In this document: positions 1-9,378 of the stretch, in pieces
How positions within the stretch are numbered: the first letter of the stretch is position 1
Layout: each line of letters begins with the position of its first letter
Origin: Phycisphaerales bacterium
Lineage (GTDB): Bacteria > Planctomycetota > Phycisphaerae > WQYP01
Reading direction: 5' to 3'
DNA: 17,745 nt
Assembly: GCA_027451365.1 (NCBI GenBank)
Contig: DAIDJN010000067.1
Span: 1-17,745, forward strand
Position numbers and translations under genes: made by a program
The notes under the pieces: generated by a model
Databases searched by the model: none
What the model saw: the letters and a program-made list of their open reading frames with translations, nothing else
What the model was told of the DNA's origin: nothing

Positions 1-109
1 GGCAAATCAGAGGATGAAAATTGTGAACCGGGAGTGAAAAACTGGTCTTCGCCGCGACCACACGAGGACACAACGCCATTGAAGGAGGCCTTTTGATGGT
101 TGAAATTCT

Positions 110-280
110 CACAGGAGGTATTGGAGGAATTGGATGTATCGCGGTGACGACGGGCAGACAAGATGTCTGCGGTCCGGCGACCAGGAGATTTTCCGGTCTG
201 CCAAGACTCATTGCGCCAGCGGCCACAACTTTGCGGCTTGGTGCCATGGTGGTGGTCAAATTGTTTATCCAGTGCAACCA
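110..280. repeat. Dispersed ~170-bp repeat, copy A, with a REP-like hairpin
   Basis: Ungapped match to 12750-12920 (offset 12640), 14 mismatches in ~170 nt by hand count. Contains the perfect hairpin GCAGACA-AGA-TGTCTGC. Confidence 0.95.
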
Positions 281-422
281 TAAACTGCCTTGAAAAAGGC
301 CGACCTTGCTTCGGTAAATTGAATCATACAATGGCATTCGCGGCGTACCAAGCCAATAAACCTTCTTGGTGGTCCATTCATCCGATTCCGTCGGCTCACC
401 ACCCATACGGAGGAAAAAAAAA

Positions 423-545
423 ATGAAGCACAGTACCTCCGTCGCCCTTACCTTGAATTTCGGCACTGGCGATACAATCCTATTTTCAACTCATTCGGCA
501 AATCTGCTTAGCCAAACAGGAACAGGTTGGGCCATGGAAGATTGA
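423..545 (+). CDS. Possible 40-aa small protein MKHSTSVALTLNFGTGDTILFSTHSANLLSQTGTGWAMED
   Basis: GGAGG at 409-413, then an A run leading into ATG 423; TGA at 543-545. No recognisable homology; below the ORF-track cutoff. Confidence 0.3.
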   Translation: MKHSTSVALTLNFGTGDTILFSTHSANLLSQTGTGWAMED

Positions 546-743
546 AGACCCAAGCCCGTTGGCAGCAGATGCCCCCCCACCATCCGCGCAAGCGATCGTT
601 CATCGCAATCGCTTTGGCGGCCAATTCCATCAGATTCAATCCAAGCTCGCCAGAGCAGGCGAATTGACGAATCGGCGGTTATAGTGTGCATTATAATCGC
701 GACGCGCAATACTGCGTGCCGCCCGGAAAGCAAAGGAATCTGT

Positions 744-1259
744 ATGCAACACCTGCACAGCCTCATTCGCAACATACCCGATTTTCCGCGGCCGGGAATT
801 CAATTTAAGGATATTACACCCCTGCTTCGCAATCCTGCCGGGCTGGCCATGGCTGTTGAATTGCTGGCCAATCCTTTTCGTGGCCGCAATGTCGACCTGG
901 TCATTGGCGCTGAGTCGCGCGGATTTATTTTTGGAACCGCACTGGCCCAGGCGCTTTCAGCCGGCTTCGTACCCATTCGCAAACCCAAAAAACTGCCGGC
1001 GGATAAAGTGTCGCTCACGTATGAATTGGAATATGGAAGTGATACTCTGGAAATCCATCGCGACGCCATTTTGCCGGGCGAAAAATGCCTGCTGGTCGAC
1101 GACCTGCTGGCCACCGGCGGCACCATGGATGCCTGTTGCCAACTGGTAGAAAAACTGGAGGGTAACATTCTGGGGATTGCCGTGCTGATTGAACTTGAAT
1201 TTCTTAATGCCCGAAAAAACTTCAGCCGTTATGAAATGCATAGCGTCCTGAGGTATTAA
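744..1259 (+). CDS. apt: Adenine phosphoribosyltransferase
   Basis: IPDFPRPGIQFKDITPLL, ESRGF, YELEYG and the PRPP-binding motif LVDDLLATGGT. AAAGGA SD precedes ATG 744. Confidence 0.97.
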   Translation: MQHLHSLIRNIPDFPRPGIQFKDITPLLRNPAGLAMAVELLANPFRGRNVDLVIGAESRGFIFGTALAQALSAGFVPIRKPKKLPADKVSLTYELEYGSDTLEIHRDAILPGEKCLLVDDLLATGGTMDACCQLVEKLEGNILGIAVLIELEFLNARKNFSRYEMHSVLRY

Positions 1260-1287
1260 TCAACGCTGGCATTGGCCGGGCTGAAAA

Positions 1288-1296
1288 TGGTATGAT
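1288..1296 (+). promoter_or_regulatory. Possible extended -10 promoter (TG-G-TATGAT) upstream of pssA
   Basis: TGnTATGAT in the apt-pssA intergenic region; no good -35. Confidence 0.25.
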
Positions 1297-1349
1297 ATGG
1301 ACACCGAGGACAAGGTTCCGCGCGCACTGGTAAACCGTTTTGAGGCCGC

Positions 1350-2297
1350 ATGAAATATCGCGAACAACGCTGGTTAAGGGAGGGGCCGGATGGCACCCGC
1401 AAGCAGGGCCGCCTGCGCCGGCGCATAGCTGTGCTCCCCACACTGCTTACGCTCGGAAATCTTTTATGCGGATTCGCCGCAATCGGCTACGCTTCCGGAA
1501 AACCGGTTGATATTAACGCATTTGGCAACAATTATTCGGTGGCCGGCTACCTTATATTCGGTGCCATGATTTTTGACATGCTGGATGGATCGATGGCGCG
1601 ACTGGCGAGGGCCACCAGCGACTTTGGCGGCGAACTTGACTCTCTGGCGGATGTGGTAAGCTTTGGCATTGTTCCGGCTTTTTTAAGCCTGAAATTAATT
1701 TCGTATTTGCTTTCAGCGGGTGGCGCGCCCCATGAAAACATCAGCCCGCTGGCGGAAAGCCTGGTGGGGCGTTTTTTCTGGGTCATTTGCGCCATTTATG
1801 TTTCCTGTACCGCCCTGCGGCTGGCGCGTTTTAATACTGCCAACCGCCAGGACGCCGACGCCCACATGGTGTTTCACGGTTTGCCATCACCCGGAGCCGC
1901 CGGTGTGGTGGCATGCAGTGTGATTTTTTTTGAAGCCCTGCAGCCCGGTGCGGCGCACATTCTTCCATTTAATGTATCGGCATCCATCGGTTCTGTCGTC
2001 ACCGGCATTTTCCCCTATGCACTGCCGGTTATTCTGCTCATGCTGGCAATTCTAATGGTCAGTCGCATCAGCTACGGACATCTGATCAACCAGTATCTGC
2101 GGCCGCGCAAGCCGTTTTCTTATGTGACCCGCGTCATTGTGCTGGTTCTGCTGCTGCTGATTGAACCACAGATCACCGCCCTTGTGGTTATTTATCTTTA
2201 TGCGTTTGCAGCACCGCTTCGCGCCCTGTGGCGAAAACTTCTCCACAAACCGGATATGTCAACCGCATCCATTGAATTGACTGAATCAGGCGATTAG
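1350..2297 (+). CDS. pssA: CDP-diacylglycerol--serine O-phosphatidyltransferase (CDP-alcohol phosphatidyltransferase family)
   Basis: LPTLLTLGNLLCGF, signature DMLDGSMARLARATSDFGGELDSLAD, RLARFN, FHGLPSPGAA; several hydrophobic helices. Confidence 0.9.
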   Translation: MKYREQRWLREGPDGTRKQGRLRRRIAVLPTLLTLGNLLCGFAAIGYASGKPVDINAFGNNYSVAGYLIFGAMIFDMLDGSMARLARATSDFGGELDSLADVVSFGIVPAFLSLKLISYLLSAGGAPHENISPLAESLVGRFFWVICAIYVSCTALRLARFNTANRQDADAHMVFHGLPSPGAAGVVACSVIFFEALQPGAAHILPFNVSASIGSVVTGIFPYALPVILLMLAILMVSRISYGHLINQYLRPRKPFSYVTRVIVLVLLLLIEPQITALVVIYLYAFAAPLRALWRKLLHKPDMSTASIELTESGD

Positions 2298-2339
2298 CAT
2301 TTCTCCAGCGCAGATCGGACCCATCGGCGGTTATTCCCT

Positions 2340-3380
2340 TTGGAGCATTCAGTGGCCCGCAAGTTATCTGAATATTCACCCGAATATTTTCTGGAACACC
2401 TGACTGATCTTGGACGCAGGCTTCGCGACACCGTCATCGCATCACGCCTGTCCAACAGCGTTCTTGCCGGAGTCGCCCGCCAGACCTTATCAGATACTAT
2501 TTATAATCTCGACACCCGCGTGGAGCCGGAACTGGAACGATTCTGCACACAATGGAGCCGCGACATTCCGCTGCTGCTTATCGCCGAAGGCGCTTCGCAA
2601 ACGGGAATGCCGGAAGGGCAAGCCTGTTTTCCGCCTGGAATCGCACCCGAGCAGGCAATGATTCAGCTCATCGTGGACCCCGTGGATGGCACCCGCGGCC
2701 TGATGTATGACAAACGCTCCGCCTGGGTTCTGGCGGGAATTGCACCGAATTTTGGAAATGCCACCCGGCTTTCTGATATTTTTGTTGCCATGCAGGCCGA
2801 AATTCCTGTCAGCAAGCAAACCATGGCCGACATTCTTTGGGCGACCCGCGGAAATGGCGCCCATGGCCAGCGGGAAAACCTGCTTACCGGATCGACCCAT
2901 CCGTTGCCGATCACTCCCAGTGGCGCAACAGACCTGGCACACGGATTCGGATCTGTGGTAAGTTTTTTTCCTGGATCGAAACGCCAGGCGGCCGACCTGC
3001 TTGAATTTATAGCTCACGGCTTTAACGGGCCACCTGATCCGGACCGCCCATTGCTTTTCGACGACCAGTATATTTCCACGGGCGGCCAGTTGTACGAAAT
3101 TCTGATGGGGCACGATCGGTTTGTGGTGGATATTCGCCAGGACCTGGACCGACTGGCGCGCCGAAAACCAGGTTTGTGCGCTCATCCGTATGATCTGGCA
3201 TCCATGCTTGTGGCGCAGGAAGCCGGCATTTACCTGACTAACGGCCGGGGTGCCGTGCTTGATGGTCCGCTGGATGTGCACACATCCATTTCATGGGCCG
3301 CCTGCGCCAATGCGCAACTAGGCCGCAAAATTGAAAGCCTGATCGCGGAATTTTTCCGCGGGCACACGACTGCCATTTAA
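2340..3380 (+). CDS. Inositol monophosphatase / FIG-superfamily phosphatase
   Basis: Metal-binding motif IVDPVDGT, plus HPYDLA..LVAQEAG corresponding to the WDxAA..l..EAG motif. Start uncertain (TTG 2340 or GTG 2352). Confidence 0.85.
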   Translation: MEHSVARKLSEYSPEYFLEHLTDLGRRLRDTVIASRLSNSVLAGVARQTLSDTIYNLDTRVEPELERFCTQWSRDIPLLLIAEGASQTGMPEGQACFPPGIAPEQAMIQLIVDPVDGTRGLMYDKRSAWVLAGIAPNFGNATRLSDIFVAMQAEIPVSKQTMADILWATRGNGAHGQRENLLTGSTHPLPITPSGATDLAHGFGSVVSFFPGSKRQAADLLEFIAHGFNGPPDPDRPLLFDDQYISTGGQLYEILMGHDRFVVDIRQDLDRLARRKPGLCAHPYDLASMLVAQEAGIYLTNGRGAVLDGPLDVHTSISWAACANAQLGRKIESLIAEFFRGHTTAI

Positions 3381-3454
3381 GCCCGACCCCGACAAAATCG
3401 AAGAATACGCAGAATGCCCGAATAATGAATGCCGACTTCCGCATGGCGGCATGA

Positions 3455-4366
3455 TTACGGAAATGGCTTCTCTTCACTTGAATGATCTGATTCGAATTCC
3501 CCGGATGCGTATGGCCTTACAGACTCCGCAGGCTGCGGCTGGCTACCGGGGCCGCCGGGTTCCGCCGCGACGGGTGTTGGTTGTCCGGCGCCGGCCTGAT
3601 CAGTTGTATCCGTCGGCTCATCCGGCGAAGGTGGCCGCAACTTTAAGACCAGTTCACCGGTTGCGGGCGCCTGTTCCACAATCAGCTTTTTAAGACGCAT
3701 CAATTCAAGCATGGCCAGAAACAGACCAATCATTTCGCTGCGGGAACCCCGACCGGCAAATAGAGCCTTAAGCGTAACAGGACCGTCGCGATCCAGACGG
3801 TCCAGAATATCAGCCTGATGCAGACTGATGGGTGTTTCATCCAGGACCACATCATGGCCGAACGCGGTGTGCCCCACGCTGGCCATGATGGCATTAAACG
3901 CATCCATCAGAACAAAAAGATTGACATCTTCAAGATCCAGCGGCACACGGGTGGTACCACGTGGCGTGCCGCGCGGGAAGCGCAGCAGTTCGGTCGCGTT
4001 TCGACGCTGCAGGGAATTGGCCGCGTCCTTGAAATGTTTATACGCCAGCAATTGTTCGACAAGCTGCCGGCGCGGGTCGGTGGCATCTTCCGGCGTCATA
4101 ACGGATGAATCCGCCGCATCCGCGACCGGTCGCGGATTCAACATGCGGCTCTTGATTTCCATCAGTGTGGCGGCCATTACCAGAAAATCGCCGGCAAGGT
4201 TAATATCCACATGCCGGATCACTTCCACGTGCGCCAGATACTGCGCGGTAATGCGGGCAATCGGAATGTCATGAATGTCCACTTCCTCTTTGCGGATAAG
4301 GTAAAGCAGAAGTTCCAACGGACCGTTGTACACATCCAGATCAACTCTGTAATCAGCCTGATTCAT
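3455..4366 (-). CDS. scpA: Segregation and condensation protein A (kleisin)
   Basis: YNGPLELLLYLIRKEEVDIHDIPIARITAQY, FLVMAATLMEIKSRML, FLAMLEL. ATG 4366 preferred; low-complexity C-terminal tail. Confidence 0.95.
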   Translation of the reverse strand: MNQADYRVDLDVYNGPLELLLYLIRKEEVDIHDIPIARITAQYLAHVEVIRHVDINLAGDFLVMAATLMEIKSRMLNPRPVADAADSSVMTPEDATDPRRQLVEQLLAYKHFKDAANSLQRRNATELLRFPRGTPRGTTRVPLDLEDVNLFVLMDAFNAIMASVGHTAFGHDVVLDETPISLHQADILDRLDRDGPVTLKALFAGRGSRSEMIGLFLAMLELMRLKKLIVEQAPATGELVLKLRPPSPDEPTDTTDQAGAGQPTPVAAEPGGPGSQPQPAESVRPYASGEFESDHSSEEKPFP

Positions 4367-4444
4367 CGTGATTTTAAGATAACGCCTTTTCGCGGATACC
4401 GCCAATCGGCACGCGAAAAAAGATCGCGCCCGGGCACCCCGGCG

Positions 4445-6463
4445 TCACATTTCCTCCAGCAGTTCAATGCCCAGAAGGTCGCGCAGACCCACGCCCAATA
4501 CCGCCTGTGTCAGCCGGCACAGCAGCAGCCGGCTTTGCCGCGACGTGTCGCTGGCGGCCTTCAACACCGGGCAGGCTTCGTAAAAGCTGGAAAATTCACC
4601 GGCAAGATTATATAGATAGCCGCAGATATAATGCGGCTTAAGGTCCCGCGCCGCAGATTCCACCACGCCGCCAAACTGACACAACCGCCGGGCCAAGGCT
4701 TTTTCCGAGGCATGTTCCAGAATAATATCCGCAGCGACCAGCAGATGGTCAATGGACTGGGCCCGAGAACCCGGCGCGGTTTCGGCCGCCTTGCGGAAAA
4801 TGCTGCATATGCGTGTATAGGTATATTGCAGGTATGGGCCGGTGTTTCCTTCAAAAGAAAGCATCCGCTCCCAGGCAAAGGCGTAGTCACCCGTCCGGTC
4901 CTGCCGCAAATCACCATATTTCACTGCGCCAATACCCACCGCTCGGGCGATGGCCGCCCGCCGGTCGGCCGGCAAAGTCGGATTTTTTTCCGCCGTCACC
5001 TGCGCGGCGCGTTCAATCGCCTCGTGAAGCAATTCGCGCAGCTTTACCGATTCTCCGGAACGCGTTTTAAAGGGTTTGCCATCGTCACCCAGAATGGAAC
5101 CAAATGGCGCATGTTCCAGTTTTACCGGCGAAGCCGTCTGTGGATTTATGTCCCAGCGTGCGGCGCGAATAGTGTCAAACACCATGGCAAAATGCTGGGC
5201 CTGGCGCGCATCTGTCGTATAAATAATGCGCTGCGCGTGCCAGTTTCGGTGGAGGGGCAACTGGTCCACAGGCGAATGCTTTTCTTCCTGAATCCGGAAA
5301 TACAAAGCGGCAAGGTCGGTGGTCGCATATAAAAATGCGCCATCCGTTTTGCGGATAATAAGCGGAAGCGGATTTTTTTCCTTGTCCACATAGCCGGGCA
5401 GAAACACACACAAAGCCCCCTGGGAATCCGCCAGATAGGGTTTGTGTATCACCTGTGGCTCTAGCGCCTCGACCACGCGGTCCGCGGCCTCCACCGACTC
5501 CATCGCCCCCCTGGCCTGGGCACTGTCAGAATCGGGAATTGCGGTTACATCCATCGGCTGTTCATGAGCGGGATGATAGACTTCATCCAGGCCGATCCGG
5601 GGGCCATCTCCACCGTACGCCATTGCCCCCTTCAGCCGCTCCACCAGTGGCGCAAGCCGATCTTTGTAAAAGCTTTCCCCGCGTTCGTCGGACTCGGAAA
5701 GCAGGACCCCCAGAAGCAGAAACAATTCCTGGCAATGCCGTCGGCTTTCATCACGTATCCAATGCCACAGCCGGACTGCCTCGGGATCTCCATTCTGCAA
5801 CGCCACCACGGCCTGGCGTGCCTCTTTGGCAAATTGCGGATCATTCTTGTCGCGTTGCGAAGCCTGTTTGTAATACGCGTCAAGATCGGAAATATGCGCC
5901 TGGCCACCCTGAATCACGGCATCTTTCGCATGACGTATCAACATGCCAAACTGTGTTCCAAAATCCCCCACATGATTCTGCCGTATCACCGTATGGCCAA
6001 GAAACCCGAGCGTGCGGGCAATCGAATCACCAATAATGGCGCTCCGCAAATGCCCCACATGCATTTCCTTGGCAATATTAGGACCGGCGTAATCCACCAC
6101 AACGGTGACAGCCGCGCCTACCGCATCCACACCACCGCGGGCAAGGTCCATCGAATTGGCGGCCAGCTTTTTAAGTTCCGCGGAAAGCCATGCCGCCTTG
6201 ATCCGAAGATTGATAAATCCGGGGCCAGCGATTTGCGGGGGCTCACACATATCATCTATAGAAAGGTGCTCCAGTATGCGCGCCGCAACGTCCCGGGGCG
6301 GCCGGGAAATCAGGCGAGCGAGCGCCATGGCCGCGTTACACTGATAGTCGGAGAATTTTGGGTCGCCGATTTTGATCTGCGGGTCGGACGAATATTCCGG
6401 CCCAAACGCCGCCGCCATCGCCTGACCGAAGCGCAGGCGCAAAGTAACTTCTATCGGAATCAC
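4445..6463 (-). CDS. argS: Arginine--tRNA ligase with an internal insertion
   Basis: DYQCNAAM, AGPGFIN, HIGH motif PNIAKEMHVGHLRS, GESFY, YATTDLAA, KPFKTRSG, GNTGPYLQY, terminal ..LEEM. GTG start with an AAGGA SD overlapping the rsfS stop. Confidence 0.98.
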   Translation of the reverse strand: MIPIEVTLRLRFGQAMAAAFGPEYSSDPQIKIGDPKFSDYQCNAAMALARLISRPPRDVAARILEHLSIDDMCEPPQIAGPGFINLRIKAAWLSAELKKLAANSMDLARGGVDAVGAAVTVVVDYAGPNIAKEMHVGHLRSAIIGDSIARTLGFLGHTVIRQNHVGDFGTQFGMLIRHAKDAVIQGGQAHISDLDAYYKQASQRDKNDPQFAKEARQAVVALQNGDPEAVRLWHWIRDESRRHCQELFLLLGVLLSESDERGESFYKDRLAPLVERLKGAMAYGGDGPRIGLDEVYHPAHEQPMDVTAIPDSDSAQARGAMESVEAADRVVEALEPQVIHKPYLADSQGALCVFLPGYVDKEKNPLPLIIRKTDGAFLYATTDLAALYFRIQEEKHSPVDQLPLHRNWHAQRIIYTTDARQAQHFAMVFDTIRAARWDINPQTASPVKLEHAPFGSILGDDGKPFKTRSGESVKLRELLHEAIERAAQVTAEKNPTLPADRRAAIARAVGIGAVKYGDLRQDRTGDYAFAWERMLSFEGNTGPYLQYTYTRICSIFRKAAETAPGSRAQSIDHLLVAADIILEHASEKALARRLCQFGGVVESAARDLKPHYICGYLYNLAGEFSSFYEACPVLKAASDTSRQSRLLLCRLTQAVLGVGLRDLLGIELLEEM

Positions 6464-6472
6464 TGCGTTTCC

Positions 6473-7492
6473 TTATCTGGATTTGGCCCGGCTCTTCTTG
6501 GCTGCGGATATTTTTTTAGCCTTTGATTTCGCCGGCTTTTTTGCCGCCTTGGCCGCCGTCTTTTTCACAACGCGTTTAACGGCCCTGGCCTTGCTGACCG
6601 GCTTGCGCGCCGTTTTGGCTTTTCCCTTACCGGCCGAACGCACCGGCTTTAGCGATTTGGCGACCTTGGCGGCTTTGCCGCCACCGGCGGTCTTGCGGAC
6701 CTTGGTCAGTGCGCCGCCTTTTTTCCGCACAGGCTTTGGTACCGCCTTCTTTGCGGCGTTGCCTGGCGTTTTGGCCTGCAGCGCCCGTTGCGGCTTCTTT
6801 TTTGGCGGCTTTCCGGACGCCTTTGAAACCAGTGCTTTCTTCGGACGATCCGCGCCAACATGCGCGGCACTCTCCTGAACTTCGATGACTTCAATCGCTT
6901 CCGCCCCGGCCACAAATGCCTCGGCAGCGGATTCCTCTTCAACAGTATCCGCGAAATCATTGGGCGGGGAAATTTCCTCAATGGCGGCGGAATCTGGCGA
7001 AACAGTCTGATCTGATTTTTCTTCCCAGAATTCGAAGGAATACGACAACTGTTCCTGAACATTGGCCAGCGCGCTGTCGGTCATGTCGGTCTGTGGCTGC
7101 AATTCAGCCGTTGGCAATTCAGGCTGATTGGGATCGCGCCATTGAATTTTCGGGCAATCGCCCCACAGCAGTTCAAGGTCGTAATACTGACGGCTGGCTT
7201 CGTCAAAAACGTGCAGCACCACATCCACAAAATCAACAAGTATCCATTTGGCGGATTCATAGCCGCTGGTGCGCCATGGCTTAAACCCGAGCGCTTCACC
7301 CGCGCGGCAAAGTTCATCCGCCACGGTGCGCATCTGGCGCGCGGACGTACCGGTACCGATTAAAAAGAATTTGGTTACTGGCGACCGCTGGCGTACATCC
7401 AGAAGCACCACGTTGCCGCAGCGCGTTTCGGCTGCGAGTCTGGCCAATGAAATTGCCGCGCTTAAGGCCGGGTCATGATTTGCTTCTTCCAT
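6473..7492 (-). CDS. rsfS: Ribosome silencing factor RsfS (Iojap/YbeB) with a long acidic plus Lys/Ala-rich C-terminal extension
   Basis: Residues ~10-120: FFLIGTGTSARQM, WILVDFVDVVLHVF, RQYYDLELLWGD. AGGTGG SD. The frame stays open ~220 aa further and stops 9 nt before argS. Confidence 0.92.
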   Translation of the reverse strand: MEEANHDPALSAAISLARLAAETRCGNVVLLDVRQRSPVTKFFLIGTGTSARQMRTVADELCRAGEALGFKPWRTSGYESAKWILVDFVDVVLHVFDEASRQYYDLELLWGDCPKIQWRDPNQPELPTAELQPQTDMTDSALANVQEQLSYSFEFWEEKSDQTVSPDSAAIEEISPPNDFADTVEEESAAEAFVAGAEAIEVIEVQESAAHVGADRPKKALVSKASGKPPKKKPQRALQAKTPGNAAKKAVPKPVRKKGGALTKVRKTAGGGKAAKVAKSLKPVRSAGKGKAKTARKPVSKARAVKRVVKKTAAKAAKKPAKSKAKKISAAKKSRAKSR

Positions 7493-7924
7493 GGTACGGT
7501 TCCACCTGTCAAAAATCCGGGCAGAACTGTCCGGGGGAATTCGGTGTCACCCACAGGCAACCTGCCATCGGCATACAGTTTCGCCGAAACCGCTCTCCGA
7601 TGCCAGCACACGGGAAAAAAAATCGGACAGTTTTTGTTGAAAATCGCGTTCGGTGCCTTTCGCCCGCCAACCCTGCGTCGGCCAGCCGCAGAATTCACCG
7701 CTCATTGGATCCGCCATTTATCGCCAGGTGTCAGGGACCCTTTGCAATCAAAATAGCGGCAGGCTTCAGCCTGTCCAAAAAAATCCATAAACGCGGAAAA
7801 CAGGATTTGGCATTGGCAATAAAATATTGTAAACTTCTTTTTCCGGGCTACTTTGGGCCGGTCGGCAAAGCCGATAAGCCCTGTATTCGGAGAATATTAG
7901 CAGGCATTCCGGTGCGTTGCATTT

Positions 7925-8124
7925 GGCAATCGCTGGCCTGCCGTTGTCAAATGGCCCCACAGGATTGCCTACTTGGTTAATCTTTTGGCTTGTAGCCGAA
8001 TGGCAGCGACCACCCCGCAGCAAGATGCGGTTGGATCGGTACTTTAGTGAGCGCCGCCTTTTGTATTTTGGCGGTTGTCGCAATGATTGTAAACCCCGCA
8101 CTGAGCGATATTTAGAGGATATTC
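7925..8124 (+). promoter_or_regulatory. Structured putative 5' leader of metK
   Basis: Four consecutive hairpins and one alternative pairing (see findings); no match to riboswitch consensus sequences I recognise. Confidence 0.3.
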
Positions 8125-9378
8125 ATGACAGCAAAGCACGGTCGTACGCACCTGTTTACAAGCGAATCGGTTTCCATGGGCCACCCGGATAAGGTTGCGG
8201 ATCAGATTTCCGATGCCGTTCTGGATTCACTGCTGGCAGTGGACCCGCACGCCCGTGTGGCCTGCGAAACACTGGTTACCACTGGTCTTGTGGTACTGGC
8301 CGGTGAAGTAACCGTGCACAACAGCAAAGCCATTGAAGCGTTGAACAATGCCGAAGACACGGCTCGCAAAACCATTGCGGAAATTGGTTATGACGACCCG
8401 CTTACCGGTTTTGACTATCGCAGTTGCGCAGTAATGCGTTCGCTCCACAGCCAGTCCGCGGATATTTCCCGCGGCGTAACTGAATCCGCCCAACATGAAC
8501 AAGGTGCGGGGGACCAGGGCATTATGTTCGGATTTGCCTGTACGGAAACGGCATCCCTTATGCCACTGCCGATTTATTTAAGCCACCGACTGGTTGAAAA
8601 GCATGCCGAACTGCGGCAGAACAAATCCATCCGCTGGCTCCGACCAGACGCCAAAAGTCAGGTGACCGTGGAATATCGAGGCCGACGACCGGTAAAAATT
8701 CATACCGTCGTGTTTTCCACCCAGCATACCGAGGAAGCGGTTGACACCCGATCTGACAGCTTTGCCGATGCGGCTCGCATGGAAATTATTGAAAAAATCG
8801 TCAAGCCGGTCATCATGGCGGAATGCCCGGAATTGTGGAACGAAAAGACCATTTTCCACATTAATCCGACCGGAAAATTCCTTATAGGCGGTCCTCATGG
8901 CGACTCCGGCCTGACTGGCCGCAAGATTATTGTGGACACCTACGGCGGTCGGGGGTGTCATGGCGGCGGCGCATTTTCCGGCAAGGACCCGTCCAAGGTG
9001 GATCGTTCAGCCAGCTATATGGCCCGCTATGTGGCAAAAAATGTGGTCGCAGCCGGCCTGGCAACAGCGTGCGAAGTGCAGCTTGGCTATGCCATTGGCG
9101 TAGCCGAACCGGTCAGCGTTCTGGTGGATACCGAAGGCACCAGCGTGGTGGATGAAGATATCATCAGCGATCTGGTGCGAAAGGTATTCCCTCTGAAGCC
9201 ACGGGGAATTATTGAGCATCTCAAATTGCTGCGGCCGATTTATCGCCAAACCGCCCGCCATGGTCACTTTGGACGCGAATTGCCTGATTTTACATGGGAA
9301 AAGACTGACAAAGCCGCCGAATTAGCAGATTTGGCCGGCGTTAAACCGAACGAACAGGCCGTCGGCGCGGCCACCTGA
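8125..9378 (+). CDS. metK: S-adenosylmethionine synthetase
   Basis: [64 protein letters not shown]. Confidence 0.99.
   Translation: MTAKHGRTHLFTSESVSMGHPDKVADQISDAVLDSLLAVDPHARVACETLVTTGLVVLAGEVTVHNSKAIEALNNAEDTARKTIAEIGYDDPLTGFDYRSCAVMRSLHSQSADISRGVTESAQHEQGAGDQGIMFGFACTETASLMPLPIYLSHRLVEKHAELRQNKSIRWLRPDAKSQVTVEYRGRRPVKIHTVVFSTQHTEEAVDTRSDSFADAARMEIIEKIVKPVIMAECPELWNEKTIFHINPTGKFLIGGPHGDSGLTGRKIIVDTYGGRGCHGGGAFSGKDPSKVDRSASYMARYVAKNVVAAGLATACEVQLGYAIGVAEPVSVLVDTEGTSVVDEDIISDLVRKVFPLKPRGIIEHLKLLRPIYRQTARHGHFGRELPDFTWEKTDKAAELADLAGVKPNEQAVGAAT

Noticed and set aside
664..743. Canonical TTGACG/TATAAT promoter and upstream GTG start (684) for apt
   Set aside because: The spacer is 22 nt, and APRT similarity and the SD point to ATG 744.
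3455..4366. scpA without adjacent scpB or smc as a sign of a new system
   Set aside because: These genes are often unlinked, so absence from one window is uninformative.
5435..5626. Intein in argS
   Set aside because: Too short, with no N-terminal C/S block and no terminal HN-[CST].
2490..6878. Long antisense or overlapping ORFs (2490..3281, 4631..5332, 5455..6036, 5564..6526, 6483..6878)
   Set aside because: Shadow frames of GC-rich conserved genes with no independent motifs.
7447..8192. ORFs in the rsfS-metK divergent intergenic region
   Set aside because: Mutually overlapping, no recognisable motifs; the region more plausibly holds divergent promoters and leaders.
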